The notes under the pieces were generated by a model that was not told the DNA's origin, made no database searches, and worked only from the letters and a program-made list of their open reading frames with translations. Of a stretch of 64,000 nucleotides of DNA, positions 55,439 to 64,000 are shown piece after piece. The position numbers and the translations under genes were made by a program. The stretch's first letter is position 1. Every line of letters starts with the position of its first letter. This DNA comes from an uncultured Acidimicrobiia bacterium (GTDB taxonomy: Bacteria; Actinomycetota; Acidimicrobiia; Spongiisociales; JAOTWH01). Location of the stretch: NCBI GenBank assembly GCA_964195995.1, contig CAXMQS010000074.1, positions 6,066-70,065 on the forward strand. The letters are read 5' to 3'.

Positions 55439-57599
55439 CCAGCGTCTGGGCGACGCTGCGGTAGCCGACTTCGACACCCTCCTCGCCACGTTCGCCGCCA
55501 ATCACCCTGAAGCCGACGACGCTCTTCTGCGCCGGGCCTACGAGCTCGCAGAAGGAATGCATGCTGGGCAGATGCGCAAGAGTGGCGAGGCCTTCATCAA
55601 CCACCCGTTAACGGTCGCCATCATCCTCGCTGAGTACGGCATGGATACGGACACCATTGCCGCGGCCCTGCTCCACGACACCGTCGAGGACACGGATCTA
55701 ACCCTGGATGAGGTTCGAGAGGAGTTCGGAGATGAGGTCGCCAACCTGACCGACGGAGTGACCAAGCTTGACCGCCTCGAGTTCGACTCGTCCGAGGAAC
55801 AGCAAGCCGCCACGATTCGAAAGATGGTGGTGGCCATGGCGGCCGACGTCAGGGTGTTGCTCATCAAGTTGGCCGACCGGATGCACAACATCCGGACCCT
55901 GTGGGCGCTGTCTCCAGAGAAGCAGGAACGCGTCGCCAGGGAGTCGCTTGAGATCTACGCGCCGCTTGCCCACCGCCTCGGCGTGCAGGACATCAAGCAT
56001 GAGATGGAAGACCGGTGCTTCGCGATCCTTTACCCCAAGCGCAATACAGAGATCGAGCAACTGATGGCTGCCAGGGCTCCGCAGCAAGAGGCCCTGATAG
56101 AAAAGGCCATACTTGCGGTTAACGACGCCTTGGGTGAGCATGCCATCAAGGCTGTGACCACCGGGCGACCCAAGCATCCGTTCTCGATCTATCGCAAGAT
56201 GATCGACAGCGCTGGATCGTTCGACGAGATCCACGACATCATCGGCATCCGGCTCGTCGTCGACGATGTCAAGGATTGCTACGCCGCACTGGGGACGGTG
56301 CACACGTTGTGGCCACCGATCTCAGGACGCTTCAAGGACTACATCGCGATGCCGAAGTTCAACCTATATCAGAGCTTGCACACGACCGTTGTCGGGCCGG
56401 ACGGCAAGCCTCTCGAGGTGCAGATCCGGACCACGGAGATGGACGAACGAGCCGAGTACGGAATCGCCGCGCATTGGCGTTACAAGGAGGGCGACGGCGA
56501 CGACCTACGTTGGATCAGCGACATCCGCTTCCTCCAGGACGAGTATCCGGACCCCTCGGAGTTCCTCGCCAACCTCAAGATCGACCTCTACCAGGATGAA
56601 GTCTTCGTCTTGACGCCGGGAGGGGATGTCATCAACCTGCCTAAGGGAGCGACGCCCGTCGACTTCGCCTATTCGATCCACACCGATGTCGGGCATGCCT
56701 GCGTCGGCGCCAAGGTGAACGGAAGACTCGTGCCGCTTTCCACCGAGTTGGACTCTGGCGACATCGTCGAGGTGATGACTTCGAAGAGCCCAGACGCCCA
56801 TCCGTCGCGAGATTGGCTCGGTTTCGTCAAATCCACCCGCGCCGCCGCCAAGATCCGCCAGTGGTTCACGAAGGAGCGCCGCGAGGAAGCACTGGCAAAT
56901 GGACGGGAGGCCATCACCGAGGCTCTTCGCCGTGAGGGCCTCGGCCTGAGCGCCAATGAACGAGATGAGGCCCTCTTGGCAGTGGCCAAAGCTATGAGCT
57001 TTCAAAGCATCGAAGCCCTCTTCGTCGCAGTAGGCGACGGCAAGGCGGCGTCGGAGAGCGTCGTCAACCGGCTTCTTCGCATCGTGAGGCCGACAGTCGA
57101 AGCAGAGCCCGACGAGGTGCCGGCACCTCCAACGCCGACGCACCGGTCTTCTGGCGGCATAGTGGTTGAAGGGCTAGACGACATGCTCGTGAACATCGCT
57201 CGCTGCTGCGCGCCTGTCCCTGGCGACGGTCTGGTCGGCTTCGTCACAGTCGGCAGAGGGGTGTCGGTTCACCGTGCGGATTGCACCAACATCGCATCCC
57301 TTGGCGAGAAGGCGGAGCGCATGATCGAGGTCACCTGGGATCCGACCACGGCCGGGTCCTTCACCGTGTGGATACAGGTCGAGGCGCTCGATCGACCCAA
57401 GCTGCTCCGGGACGTGACCGCCATCATCGGCGATCAGGGAGCCAACATCGTCGCCTCCTCATCTTCTTCCAGTCCGGATCGGATCGCCATCCTCCGTTAC
57501 GAAGTCGAGCTCGGCGACACCGAGCAACTGGATAGGTTGCTGGCCGATCTGCGCGGCGCCGAGGGGGTCATGGACGCCCATCGGCTCTTCACACACTGA
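55425..57599 (+). CDS. relA: Bifunctional (p)ppGpp synthetase/hydrolase (RSH family)
   Basis: The HD domain reads HPLTVA..L...HDTVEDT. The synthetase domain includes GRPKHPFSIYRKM and DIIGIRLVV. TGS and ACT domains follow. The gene overlaps apt by 14 nt. Confidence 0.92.
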   Translation: MTPPDQRLGDAAVADFDTLLATFAANHPEADDALLRRAYELAEGMHAGQMRKSGEAFINHPLTVAIILAEYGMDTDTIAAALLHDTVEDTDLTLDEVREEFGDEVANLTDGVTKLDRLEFDSSEEQQAATIRKMVVAMAADVRVLLIKLADRMHNIRTLWALSPEKQERVARESLEIYAPLAHRLGVQDIKHEMEDRCFAILYPKRNTEIEQLMAARAPQQEALIEKAILAVNDALGEHAIKAVTTGRPKHPFSIYRKMIDSAGSFDEIHDIIGIRLVVDDVKDCYAALGTVHTLWPPISGRFKDYIAMPKFNLYQSLHTTVVGPDGKPLEVQIRTTEMDERAEYGIAAHWRYKEGDGDDLRWISDIRFLQDEYPDPSEFLANLKIDLYQDEVFVLTPGGDVINLPKGATPVDFAYSIHTDVGHACVGAKVNGRLVPLSTELDSGDIVEVMTSKSPDAHPSRDWLGFVKSTRAAAKIRQWFTKERREEALANGREAITEALRREGLGLSANERDEALLAVAKAMSFQSIEALFVAVGDGKAASESVVNRLLRIVRPTVEAEPDEVPAPPTPTHRSSGGIVVEGLDDMLVNIARCCAPVPGDGLVGFVTVGRGVSVHRADCTNIASLGEKAERMIEVTWDPTTAGSFTVWIQVEALDRPKLLRDVTAIIGDQGANIVASSSSSSPDRIAILRYEVELGDTEQLDRLLADLRGAEGVMDAHRLFTH

Positions 57600-57673
57600 C
57601 TTTTGACTAAAGAAAACGCAGAAAGTAGTCGATAACTAACATTGTGCCCACGGGCCGCCCCTAGCCTCTCCGG

Positions 57674-58318
57674 GTGCTGATCGATCGAGAATCCTTGTGG
57701 CTGGCTGAGACCAATACCTACGTCATAGCCAACGAGGCAGGTGGGCCCGCCATCATCGTTGACGCTCCGCCGGATCCCGCCGCAGTCGTCAAGCTCCTCG
57801 AGAAGCACGACCTGATCGCGACGGCGCTACTGATCACCCACGGTCACATCGATCACATCGGAGGAGCTGGGGGCGTCGTCTCCAGCACCGGGATCACCGC
57901 CTACCTCCATCCCGATGACGACTGGCTGGCGCAAGATCTCATGACTCAGGTGAGGCTTCTGTTCGGTGACGCGGCGCCGGGGGAGTTCGCTCGGCCACAG
58001 GCATACACCGATCTCGCGGACGGACAGGTGCTCGAGATCGGCGGTCTTAGCGTTGAGGTACTGCACACGCCAGGTCATACCCCAGGGCACTGCTGCTTCC
58101 GTGTTGGCGAAGTGCTGTTCTCGGGCGACCAACTGTTCGCCGGCTCCATCGGTCGGACCGACCTCCCGGGTGGTGACTACGAGACGCTCATGGAGAGCAT
58201 GCGCAACAAGGTGATGACCCTGCCCGACGAAACCGAAGTCCTTCCTGGGCACGGACCGGCCACTACGCTTGCCCGCGAGCGGCGCTCCAACCCCTTTCTC
58301 CAGGATCTGAATCTGTGA
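57674..58318 (+). CDS. MBL-fold metallo-hydrolase (glyoxalase-II-like)
   Basis: The gene has a GTG start. The sequence includes the THGHIDHIGG motif (H-x-H-x-D-H) and HTPGHTPGH. It occupies the same position as Rv2581c between relA and hisS. Confidence 0.85.
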   Translation: MLIDRESLWLAETNTYVIANEAGGPAIIVDAPPDPAAVVKLLEKHDLIATALLITHGHIDHIGGAGGVVSSTGITAYLHPDDDWLAQDLMTQVRLLFGDAAPGEFARPQAYTDLADGQVLEIGGLSVEVLHTPGHTPGHCCFRVGEVLFSGDQLFAGSIGRTDLPGGDYETLMESMRNKVMTLPDETEVLPGHGPATTLARERRSNPFLQDLNL

Positions 58319-59535
58319 CATTCCGTGTCCCCAAGGGGACAGATGACATCATGCCCCCAGCCTCCCGCAGGTGGCGGCGCGTCCTGAGGCTGTTCGACGA
58401 GTTGGCAGAGCGCTATGGCTACGAACTCGTCATGACGCCTGTGTTCGAGGCGACCGAGCTCTTCTCTCGCGGCGTCGGCGAGTCGACAGACGTTGTCCAG
58501 AAGCAGATGTACACATGGGACGACAAGGCGGGTCGTTCGATGACGCTGCGCCCGGAGGCGACGGCCCCTGTGGTCCGGGCCTACCTCAACGGCGGAGGCC
58601 GCGGCGTCGCCAAATACGCGTACTCGGGTCCCATGTTCCGTTATGAACAGCCCCAGGCTGGCCGCCGCCGCCAGTTCTGGCAGGTCGGCGTGGAGTACCT
58701 GGGAGAGGACTCACCAATTGCCGACGTCGAGGTGATAGAGCTCGGTTATCGCTTCTACACCGAGGCGGGTATCCCGGATGTGTCCGTTCAGCTGAACTCG
58801 ATCGGCGACGCAGAATCAAGAGCTGCCTACAGAACGATCCTCGTCGACTACCTGGAGACACGCCGCGACCGCCTGAGCGAGGATTCGCAAAGACGCCTGG
58901 CAACGAACCCGTTGCGAGTCCTTGACTCCAACCTCGATACGGCAGAAGTGGCAGATGCCCCCTCGCCGGTTGACCACCTCAGCCCTGCGAGCGCGGCTCA
59001 CTTCTCCAGTGTCAAGGCCGGGCTCACGGACCGTGGCGTCCCATTCGTTGAGGCGCCGCGAGTCGTTAGAGGTCTCGACTACTACACGCGAACGGTGTTC
59101 GAGTACACCGCCGCTTCGTATGGCGTCGCCCAGGATTCGCTCGGGGGTGGTGGGCGTTATGACGGATTGGCCGGTCAACTCGGGGGAGCCGAGGTGCCTG
59201 GTGTCGGGTTCTCTCTCGGAATCGATCGCGTGGTCCTTGCTCTCGGCGATGCCGAGGAACCGCCCTCCCTCGATGCATTCGTGGTGGCCGTGACTGAGCA
59301 GGATCACGCCGAAGCTCAAGCCGTGCTCGCTCGATTGCGGGCGAGCACGATCAGAGCGGACAGCCTTGCCCGCGTCGCCAGCGTGAAGGCGCAGCTGAAG
59401 GCTGCGAACCGCAGTGGCGCCGAATGGGTTGTGAGGGTGGGGGACCGACCGGGGAAGGTGACGGCTAGGTCAATGAAGGACGGGACACAAGAAGTGGTAG
59501 AGATAGCAGAGGTCGTTGCATGGCTGACCCAGTGA
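58315..59535 (+). CDS. hisS: Histidine--tRNA ligase
   Basis: A GTGA overlap joins it to the MBL gene. The sequence includes PKGTDDIMP, MYTWDDKAGRSMTLRPEATAPVVRAY, FRYEQPQAGRRRQFWQ and GGGRYDGL. Confidence 0.92.
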   Translation: MTFRVPKGTDDIMPPASRRWRRVLRLFDELAERYGYELVMTPVFEATELFSRGVGESTDVVQKQMYTWDDKAGRSMTLRPEATAPVVRAYLNGGGRGVAKYAYSGPMFRYEQPQAGRRRQFWQVGVEYLGEDSPIADVEVIELGYRFYTEAGIPDVSVQLNSIGDAESRAAYRTILVDYLETRRDRLSEDSQRRLATNPLRVLDSNLDTAEVADAPSPVDHLSPASAAHFSSVKAGLTDRGVPFVEAPRVVRGLDYYTRTVFEYTAASYGVAQDSLGGGGRYDGLAGQLGGAEVPGVGFSLGIDRVVLALGDAEEPPSLDAFVVAVTEQDHAEAQAVLARLRASTIRADSLARVASVKAQLKAANRSGAEWVVRVGDRPGKVTARSMKDGTQEVVEIAEVVAWLTQ

Positions 59536-61268
59536 GGACCCACCGAGTCGGCGAGCTCACGGCGGAATCAACAAACGTTCGGCTGGCGGGCTGGGTTGAC
59601 AGCAGACGCGATCACGGTGGGGTCATCTTCTACGACCTGCGTGACTCATCTGGCATGCTGCAGGTGGTCGTTGATCCGGATGCCCATCCCGAGCTGGCCG
59701 AGATCGCCCACAGCATCCGTCTGGAGTACTGCATCTCCGTATCTGGCCAACTGAGACCTCGACCAGAGGGCACCGTCAATCCTGATATGGCAACGGGCGG
59801 GTTCGAGATGGCAGTTGACGAGCTGACCGTGCTGAGCGCGTCTGACGCGCTCCCGTTTCAGATCGACGACAGGGTCGAGGTCGACGAGGCGAAGCGCCTC
59901 GAGTATCGGTATCTGGACCTGCGCCGGCCGCAGATGGCAGCCAACCTCAGGGCCAGATCCAAGGCTGTTAGCGCCATCAGGCGCCAGATGGACGACATGG
60001 GGTTCATGGAGGTGGAGACGCCAACGCTGATCCGCTCCACGCCCGAGGGCGCCCGCGACCTACTGGTGCCCAGTCGGCTGCGGCATGGCAACTTCTATGC
60101 GCTCCCGCAGAGTCCGCAGCTCTTCAAGCAGCTATTGATGATCTCGGGAGTGGATCGCTACTACCAGATAGCACGCTGCTATCGCGATGAGGACACAAGG
60201 GCGGATCGCCAGATCGAGTTCACTCAGCTCGACATAGAAGGTGCCTTCTGGGGTCAGGACGATGTTCTCGTCGCCATCGAGCCCGCTGTCGCCTCCGCAA
60301 CGGAGGCCGTTCGCGGAGTGCGTCCACAGACGCCCTTCCCCCGGATGACATGGCAGGAATCGATGAACCGTTTCGGCACCGATAAGCCAGACACTCGGTT
60401 CGGAATGGAACTCGTAGATCTGTCTGCAGCCTTCGCGGCGACTGAGTTCAAGGCGTTCTCGGGCGCGCTTGCCGACGGTGGCGTCGTCCGCGGCATCAAC
60501 GCCGGTCCCCAGGAGTTGGCGCGATCCGGACTCGACAGCCTTGTGGAGACCGCCCAGGAGAAGGGGGCCAAGGGCCTTGTCTGGATGTTCGTCGAAGAGG
60601 ACGGGTCGTTGCGTTCGCCGGTCGCCAAGTTCCTCGGCGACGACGAGAAGGTGGCGCTTCTCAAGATGCTGGCGGCGTCCAGCGGCGACCTGTTGCTCAT
60701 CGTTGCCGACAGAGCCCACGTCGCCGGGGCGGTTCTCGGCGACCTCCGATTACGGTTCGGTAAACCCGAATCGCACGACGAGCTGCGGTACCTGTGGGTT
60801 GTCGACTTCCCGGTATTCGAGCGCAATAGCAGCGGTGAGCTGACGCCGGCCCACCACCCGTTCACCGCTCCCGTCGATGTCGAGGAGATGGCGACGGACC
60901 CGGCCAACGCCATCTCCAAGGCCTACGACCTCGTCGTCAACGGCATCGAGCTGGGATCCGGCAGCGTTCGAATCCACGACCCCGAAACGCAGCGCAAGGT
61001 GTTCGAGGTGCTCGGTGTTAGCGATGAGTCTGTGGAAGCCAAGTTCGGGTGGTTCATGGAGGCGTTGCGCTACGGCACCCCGCCTCACGCCGGTTTCGCC
61101 GTCGGCATCGACCGTCTTGTATCCATCCTGGCCAACGAGGAGAACATTCGCCAGGTGATGCCGTTTCCCAAGACGCAGAGCGGAGCCGATCCGCTGACCG
61201 GTGCCCCGACCGAAGTCGACGGTGCCCAGCTGGCGGAACTTGGCATCGAGCTGCTGGCGGAGGACTGA
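59520..61268 (+). CDS. aspS: Aspartate--tRNA ligase (bacterial type with insertion domain)
   Basis: The sequence includes RTHRVGELT, GWV..RRDHGGVIFYDLRD, FYALPQSPQLFKQLLM, YYQIARCYRDED and GIDRL. Confidence 0.93.
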   Translation: MADPVRTHRVGELTAESTNVRLAGWVDSRRDHGGVIFYDLRDSSGMLQVVVDPDAHPELAEIAHSIRLEYCISVSGQLRPRPEGTVNPDMATGGFEMAVDELTVLSASDALPFQIDDRVEVDEAKRLEYRYLDLRRPQMAANLRARSKAVSAIRRQMDDMGFMEVETPTLIRSTPEGARDLLVPSRLRHGNFYALPQSPQLFKQLLMISGVDRYYQIARCYRDEDTRADRQIEFTQLDIEGAFWGQDDVLVAIEPAVASATEAVRGVRPQTPFPRMTWQESMNRFGTDKPDTRFGMELVDLSAAFAATEFKAFSGALADGGVVRGINAGPQELARSGLDSLVETAQEKGAKGLVWMFVEEDGSLRSPVAKFLGDDEKVALLKMLAASSGDLLLIVADRAHVAGAVLGDLRLRFGKPESHDELRYLWVVDFPVFERNSSGELTPAHHPFTAPVDVEEMATDPANAISKAYDLVVNGIELGSGSVRIHDPETQRKVFEVLGVSDESVEAKFGWFMEALRYGTPPHAGFAVGIDRLVSILANEENIRQVMPFPKTQSGADPLTGAPTEVDGAQLAELGIELLAED

Positions 61269-62530
61269 TGGACGATCTATGGGCTGCCGAACGAACGGAG
61301 CGCCGCACCGCGGCTGCTCCATTGGCATCTCGAATGCGGCCTGGCTCGCTTGACGAGGTTGTTGGACAAGAGCATCTCCTGGGCGAGGGGTCCTCGTTTC
61401 GTTCCATGGTCGAGAGCGGCAAGCCTGTCTCGATGATCCTCTGGGGGCCTCCCGGATCCGGCAAGACGACCATCGCCCGCCTTGTCGCCGGTAGCGCCAC
61501 GGCGGCGTTCGCGGCCCTCTCCGCTACGACCCACGGAGTGAAGGATGTGCGTCAGGTACTCGCCGACGCCGACCGTCGGCTCGGAGAGGACGGACGGCGG
61601 ACCGTGCTGTTCCTCGACGAGATCCATCGGTTCACGAAGGCGCAACAGGATGCGCTGCTCCCAGGAGTGGAGGATGGAATCGTCATCCTGGTAGGGGCGA
61701 CAACGGAGAATCCCTTCTTCGAGGTCAACTCGCCGCTGCTGAGCCGTTGCACCCTCTACCGACTGGAGGCCCTTGGGCCCGACGCCATAGAGGAGGTTCT
61801 CGAGCGGGCAGAGGCCGGCCTCGAAGAGCGCCTCGTCGATCCTGAGGCGCGACGCCTGCTGGCCGAGCGGGTTGGCGGCGACGCCCGACTTGCCCTCAAC
61901 GCCCTCGAGGTCGCAGATGCCATCTCTGGAAAGGAACCGATCAGCGTTGCCGCCATCGAAGAAGCGCTGCAACGCCGGATCATCCGATACGACAAGAAGG
62001 GTGATCAGCACTACGACGTGGTCTCGGCCTTCATCAAGTCGGTCCGCGGCTCCGACCCCGATGCGGCTCTCTACTGGCTGCACACCATGCTCGAGGCTGG
62101 AGAGGATCCGGAGTTCATAGCCCGACGGATGATCATCCTGGCTTCTGAGGACATCGGCCTCGCCGACTCGGCCGCGGTGGGGGTGGCGGTCGACGCGGCT
62201 AGAGCTCTGGCCTATGTCGGTTTGCCCGAGGCTGGATACGCCCTCAGCCACGCCGCCGTTTACCTGGCAACGGCGCCCAAGTCCAACTCGATCACCAAAG
62301 CGATGTCCGCTGCCAAGACGGCTGTGTACGAAACGGCGAGCGCGCAGGTGCCGGTTCACCTCAGGTCCAACGCCGACGATGGCTCCTACCTCTATCCCCA
62401 CGACTACCCGGGCGGCGTTGTCGATCAGCAATACCTGCCGGACGAGCTGGTGAATGCCCGGTTCTACCGACCACTCAGCCGTGGCGACGAAGCTGCTCGC
62501 CACGAGGTTGGCGATCAAGCCACCGAGTAG
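61268..62530 (+). CDS. rarA: Replication-associated recombination protein A (MgsA/RarA AAA+ ATPase)
   Basis: The ATG at 61268 forms a TGATG overlap with aspS, in the frame of ORF 61049. The sequence includes LASRMRPGSLDEVVGQEHL, LWGPPGSGKTT, FLDEIHRF and HYDVVSAFIKSVRGSDPDAALYWL. Confidence 0.9.
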   Translation: MDDLWAAERTERRTAAAPLASRMRPGSLDEVVGQEHLLGEGSSFRSMVESGKPVSMILWGPPGSGKTTIARLVAGSATAAFAALSATTHGVKDVRQVLADADRRLGEDGRRTVLFLDEIHRFTKAQQDALLPGVEDGIVILVGATTENPFFEVNSPLLSRCTLYRLEALGPDAIEEVLERAEAGLEERLVDPEARRLLAERVGGDARLALNALEVADAISGKEPISVAAIEEALQRRIIRYDKKGDQHYDVVSAFIKSVRGSDPDAALYWLHTMLEAGEDPEFIARRMIILASEDIGLADSAAVGVAVDAARALAYVGLPEAGYALSHAAVYLATAPKSNSITKAMSAAKTAVYETASAQVPVHLRSNADDGSYLYPHDYPGGVVDQQYLPDELVNARFYRPLSRGDEAARHEVGDQATE

Positions 62531-62540
62531 CCTCGGCGCC

Positions 62541-62738
62541 ATGCTTCTGCGATTGCGTTGGATGAGCTTGGGGATGATCTTGGCGCTGTGCGGCAGCGCC
62601 ATTGTCGTTACTCGAATGGTGAGGATGAGGGAGCGCTTCACGCCAGCGAACCTCAGGCGTGTCGCCGCCTCGACAAGCGCTGATGGTCTGGACTGGGCAG
62701 CGGGTCGCCTGCGAGGGAGCACTACGCCCCAGGGCTAA
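62541..62738 (+). CDS. Possible small membrane protein (65 aa)
   Basis: This is an internal ATG of ORF 62454..62738. There is one TM helix (WMSLGMILALCGSAIVV). Codon usage is weaker than in neighbouring genes, and I recognise no family. Confidence 0.3.
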   Translation: MLLRLRWMSLGMILALCGSAIVVTRMVRMRERFTPANLRRVAASTSADGLDWAAGRLRGSTTPQG

Positions 62739-62750
62739 CCTTCCTTCGAT

Positions 62751-64000
62751 CATGGACGCCAATTCCATTCGGCGCGAGTTCCTGAACTTCTTTGAGCAGC
62801 GCGACCACACCGTCGTGCCGAGTTCTTCATTGATCCCGGTTGACCCGACACTGCTGCTCACCAATGCCGGCATGGTGCAGTTCAAGCCCTACTTCCTCGG
62901 TGACGAGGACCCGCCATACAAGAGAGCTGTGACCGCGCAGAAAGCGTTTCGCACCGAGGACATAGACATCATCGGAACGACTGCGAGCCACTTCACCTTC
63001 TTCGAGATGCTCGGCAACTTCAGTTTCGGCGACTACTTCAAGGAGAAGGCCATTCCGTGGTCCTATGAGTTCGTCACTGAGGTCCTTGGGATCGACCCCG
63101 AGCGGTTGTGGTTCACGGTTTATGAAACCGACGACGAGGCAGAGGAGATCTGGATTGACGGCGTTGGCGTGCCGCGCCAGCGGGTGCAGCGTGGCGGCCA
63201 GGACAACTTCTGGCAGATGGGAGTCGCTGGTCCCTGCGGGCCGTCTTCTGAGCTCTTCGTCGACCTCGGAGCCGAGCGCGGCGAGGAAGGCGGGCCCATC
63301 GGCGGCAGCGAGAGCCGGTACGTCGAGATATGGAACCTCGTCTTCATGCAGAACATCCAAGATGAGCCTTATCACGTCGTTGGCGATCTCCCTGCCCGCA
63401 ACATCGACACCGGCATGGGGCTGGAACGCGTCGCGATGGTGCTCCAGAACGCCGCTTCGTCGTTCGAGACTGACGCGGTGCTGCCGGTGTTGGAGGCCGC
63501 GGAGCAAGGCACCGGAACGCGCTACCACGAGTCAGAACAGACCGATGTTGGCCTGCGAATACTGGCAGACCACGGAAGGGCCATGAGCTTTCTCATCGGC
63601 GATGGTGTCGTTCCTTCGAACCAGGGCCGCGGCTACGTGCTCCGTCGCATCCTGCGCCGGGCCGTGCGCATCGCGTACTCGATGGGGTCGACGGAGGCCA
63701 TCACATCATCCCTGATCGATGCCACCATCGAGGTCATGGAAGCGGCTCGACCCGAGTTGACCGCCCAGCGCGACTTCATCGTTGAGCTGGCTGAGAGGGA
63801 GGAGTGGAGCTTTCGTAGGACGCTGGAAGCGGGCTCGAGCCTCCTCGACACCGAGCTGGATGGTCTCGGAGGTGAGGATCATCTCTCGGGTGACGTGGCC
63901 TTCAAGCTTCACGACACATTCGGGTTTCCCATCGAGCTGACGTCCGAGATCGTCGCCGAGAGGGGTATCACCGTAGATGTCGCCGCCTTCGAAGCCCTCA
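62751..64000 (+). CDS. alaS: Alanine--tRNA ligase, N-terminal part (continues beyond the right edge)
   Basis: It is absent from the ORF track because it is open at the window edge. The translation includes MDANSIRREFLNFFEQRDHTVVPSSSLIP.DPTLLLTNAGMVQFKPYFLG, FFEMLGNFSFGDYFK, GPCGPSSELF, EIWNLVFMQ and IDTGMGLERV. Confidence 0.92.

Overview
This is a high-GC, actinobacterial-type chromosome segment with about 60 tightly packed genes. Many junctions are 4-nt or 1-nt start/stop overlaps (ATGA, GTGA, TGATG). All calls come from reading the ORF translations and the DNA; no database search was run. The right half (about 34-64 kb) is a housekeeping block: thrS, pgsA1-patA-pimA, pdxS-pdxT, yebC-family, ruvCAB, queA-tgt, yajC-secD-secF, apt-relA, an MBL hydrolase, hisS, aspS, rarA and alaS. 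From memory this order is collinear with M. tuberculosis Rv2614c to Rv2555c, except for an MMPL / EF-G-like / gltA block sitting between thrS and pgsA1. The left half (0-34 kb) looks accessory. It holds a truncated cyclase-ATPase remnant, prpE-rhodanese, ccr, and a form-II (AYRGAGR) cox-like molybdo-hydroxylase cluster with coxG/D/E/xdhC maturation genes. It also holds lipoproteins (esterase, cupredoxin), VOC/EamA, Lhr helicase, patatin and an APH-like kinase. The most interesting locus is at 1.7-9.4 kb: a six-gene, fully translationally coupled operon for a Tat-exported type II DMSO-reductase-family enzyme (alpha, novel small ORF, beta, TorD-like chaperone, membrane-tethered EB_dh-type heme-b gamma, novel polytopic membrane protein). 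Its alpha subunit has a Cys-x3-Asp-x3-Cys...Cys FS0 motif, which I recall only from the periplasmic Nitrospira/anammox NxrA lineage. This operon, together with a SnoaL-like gene and a divergent degenerate HD-GYP/LuxR regulator, is bracketed by three orphan copies of a tRNA-Val(CAC) 3-prime half. That looks like a fossil att-flanked island, but no integrase is present. I saw no CRISPR array, IS element, rRNA or complete tRNA.
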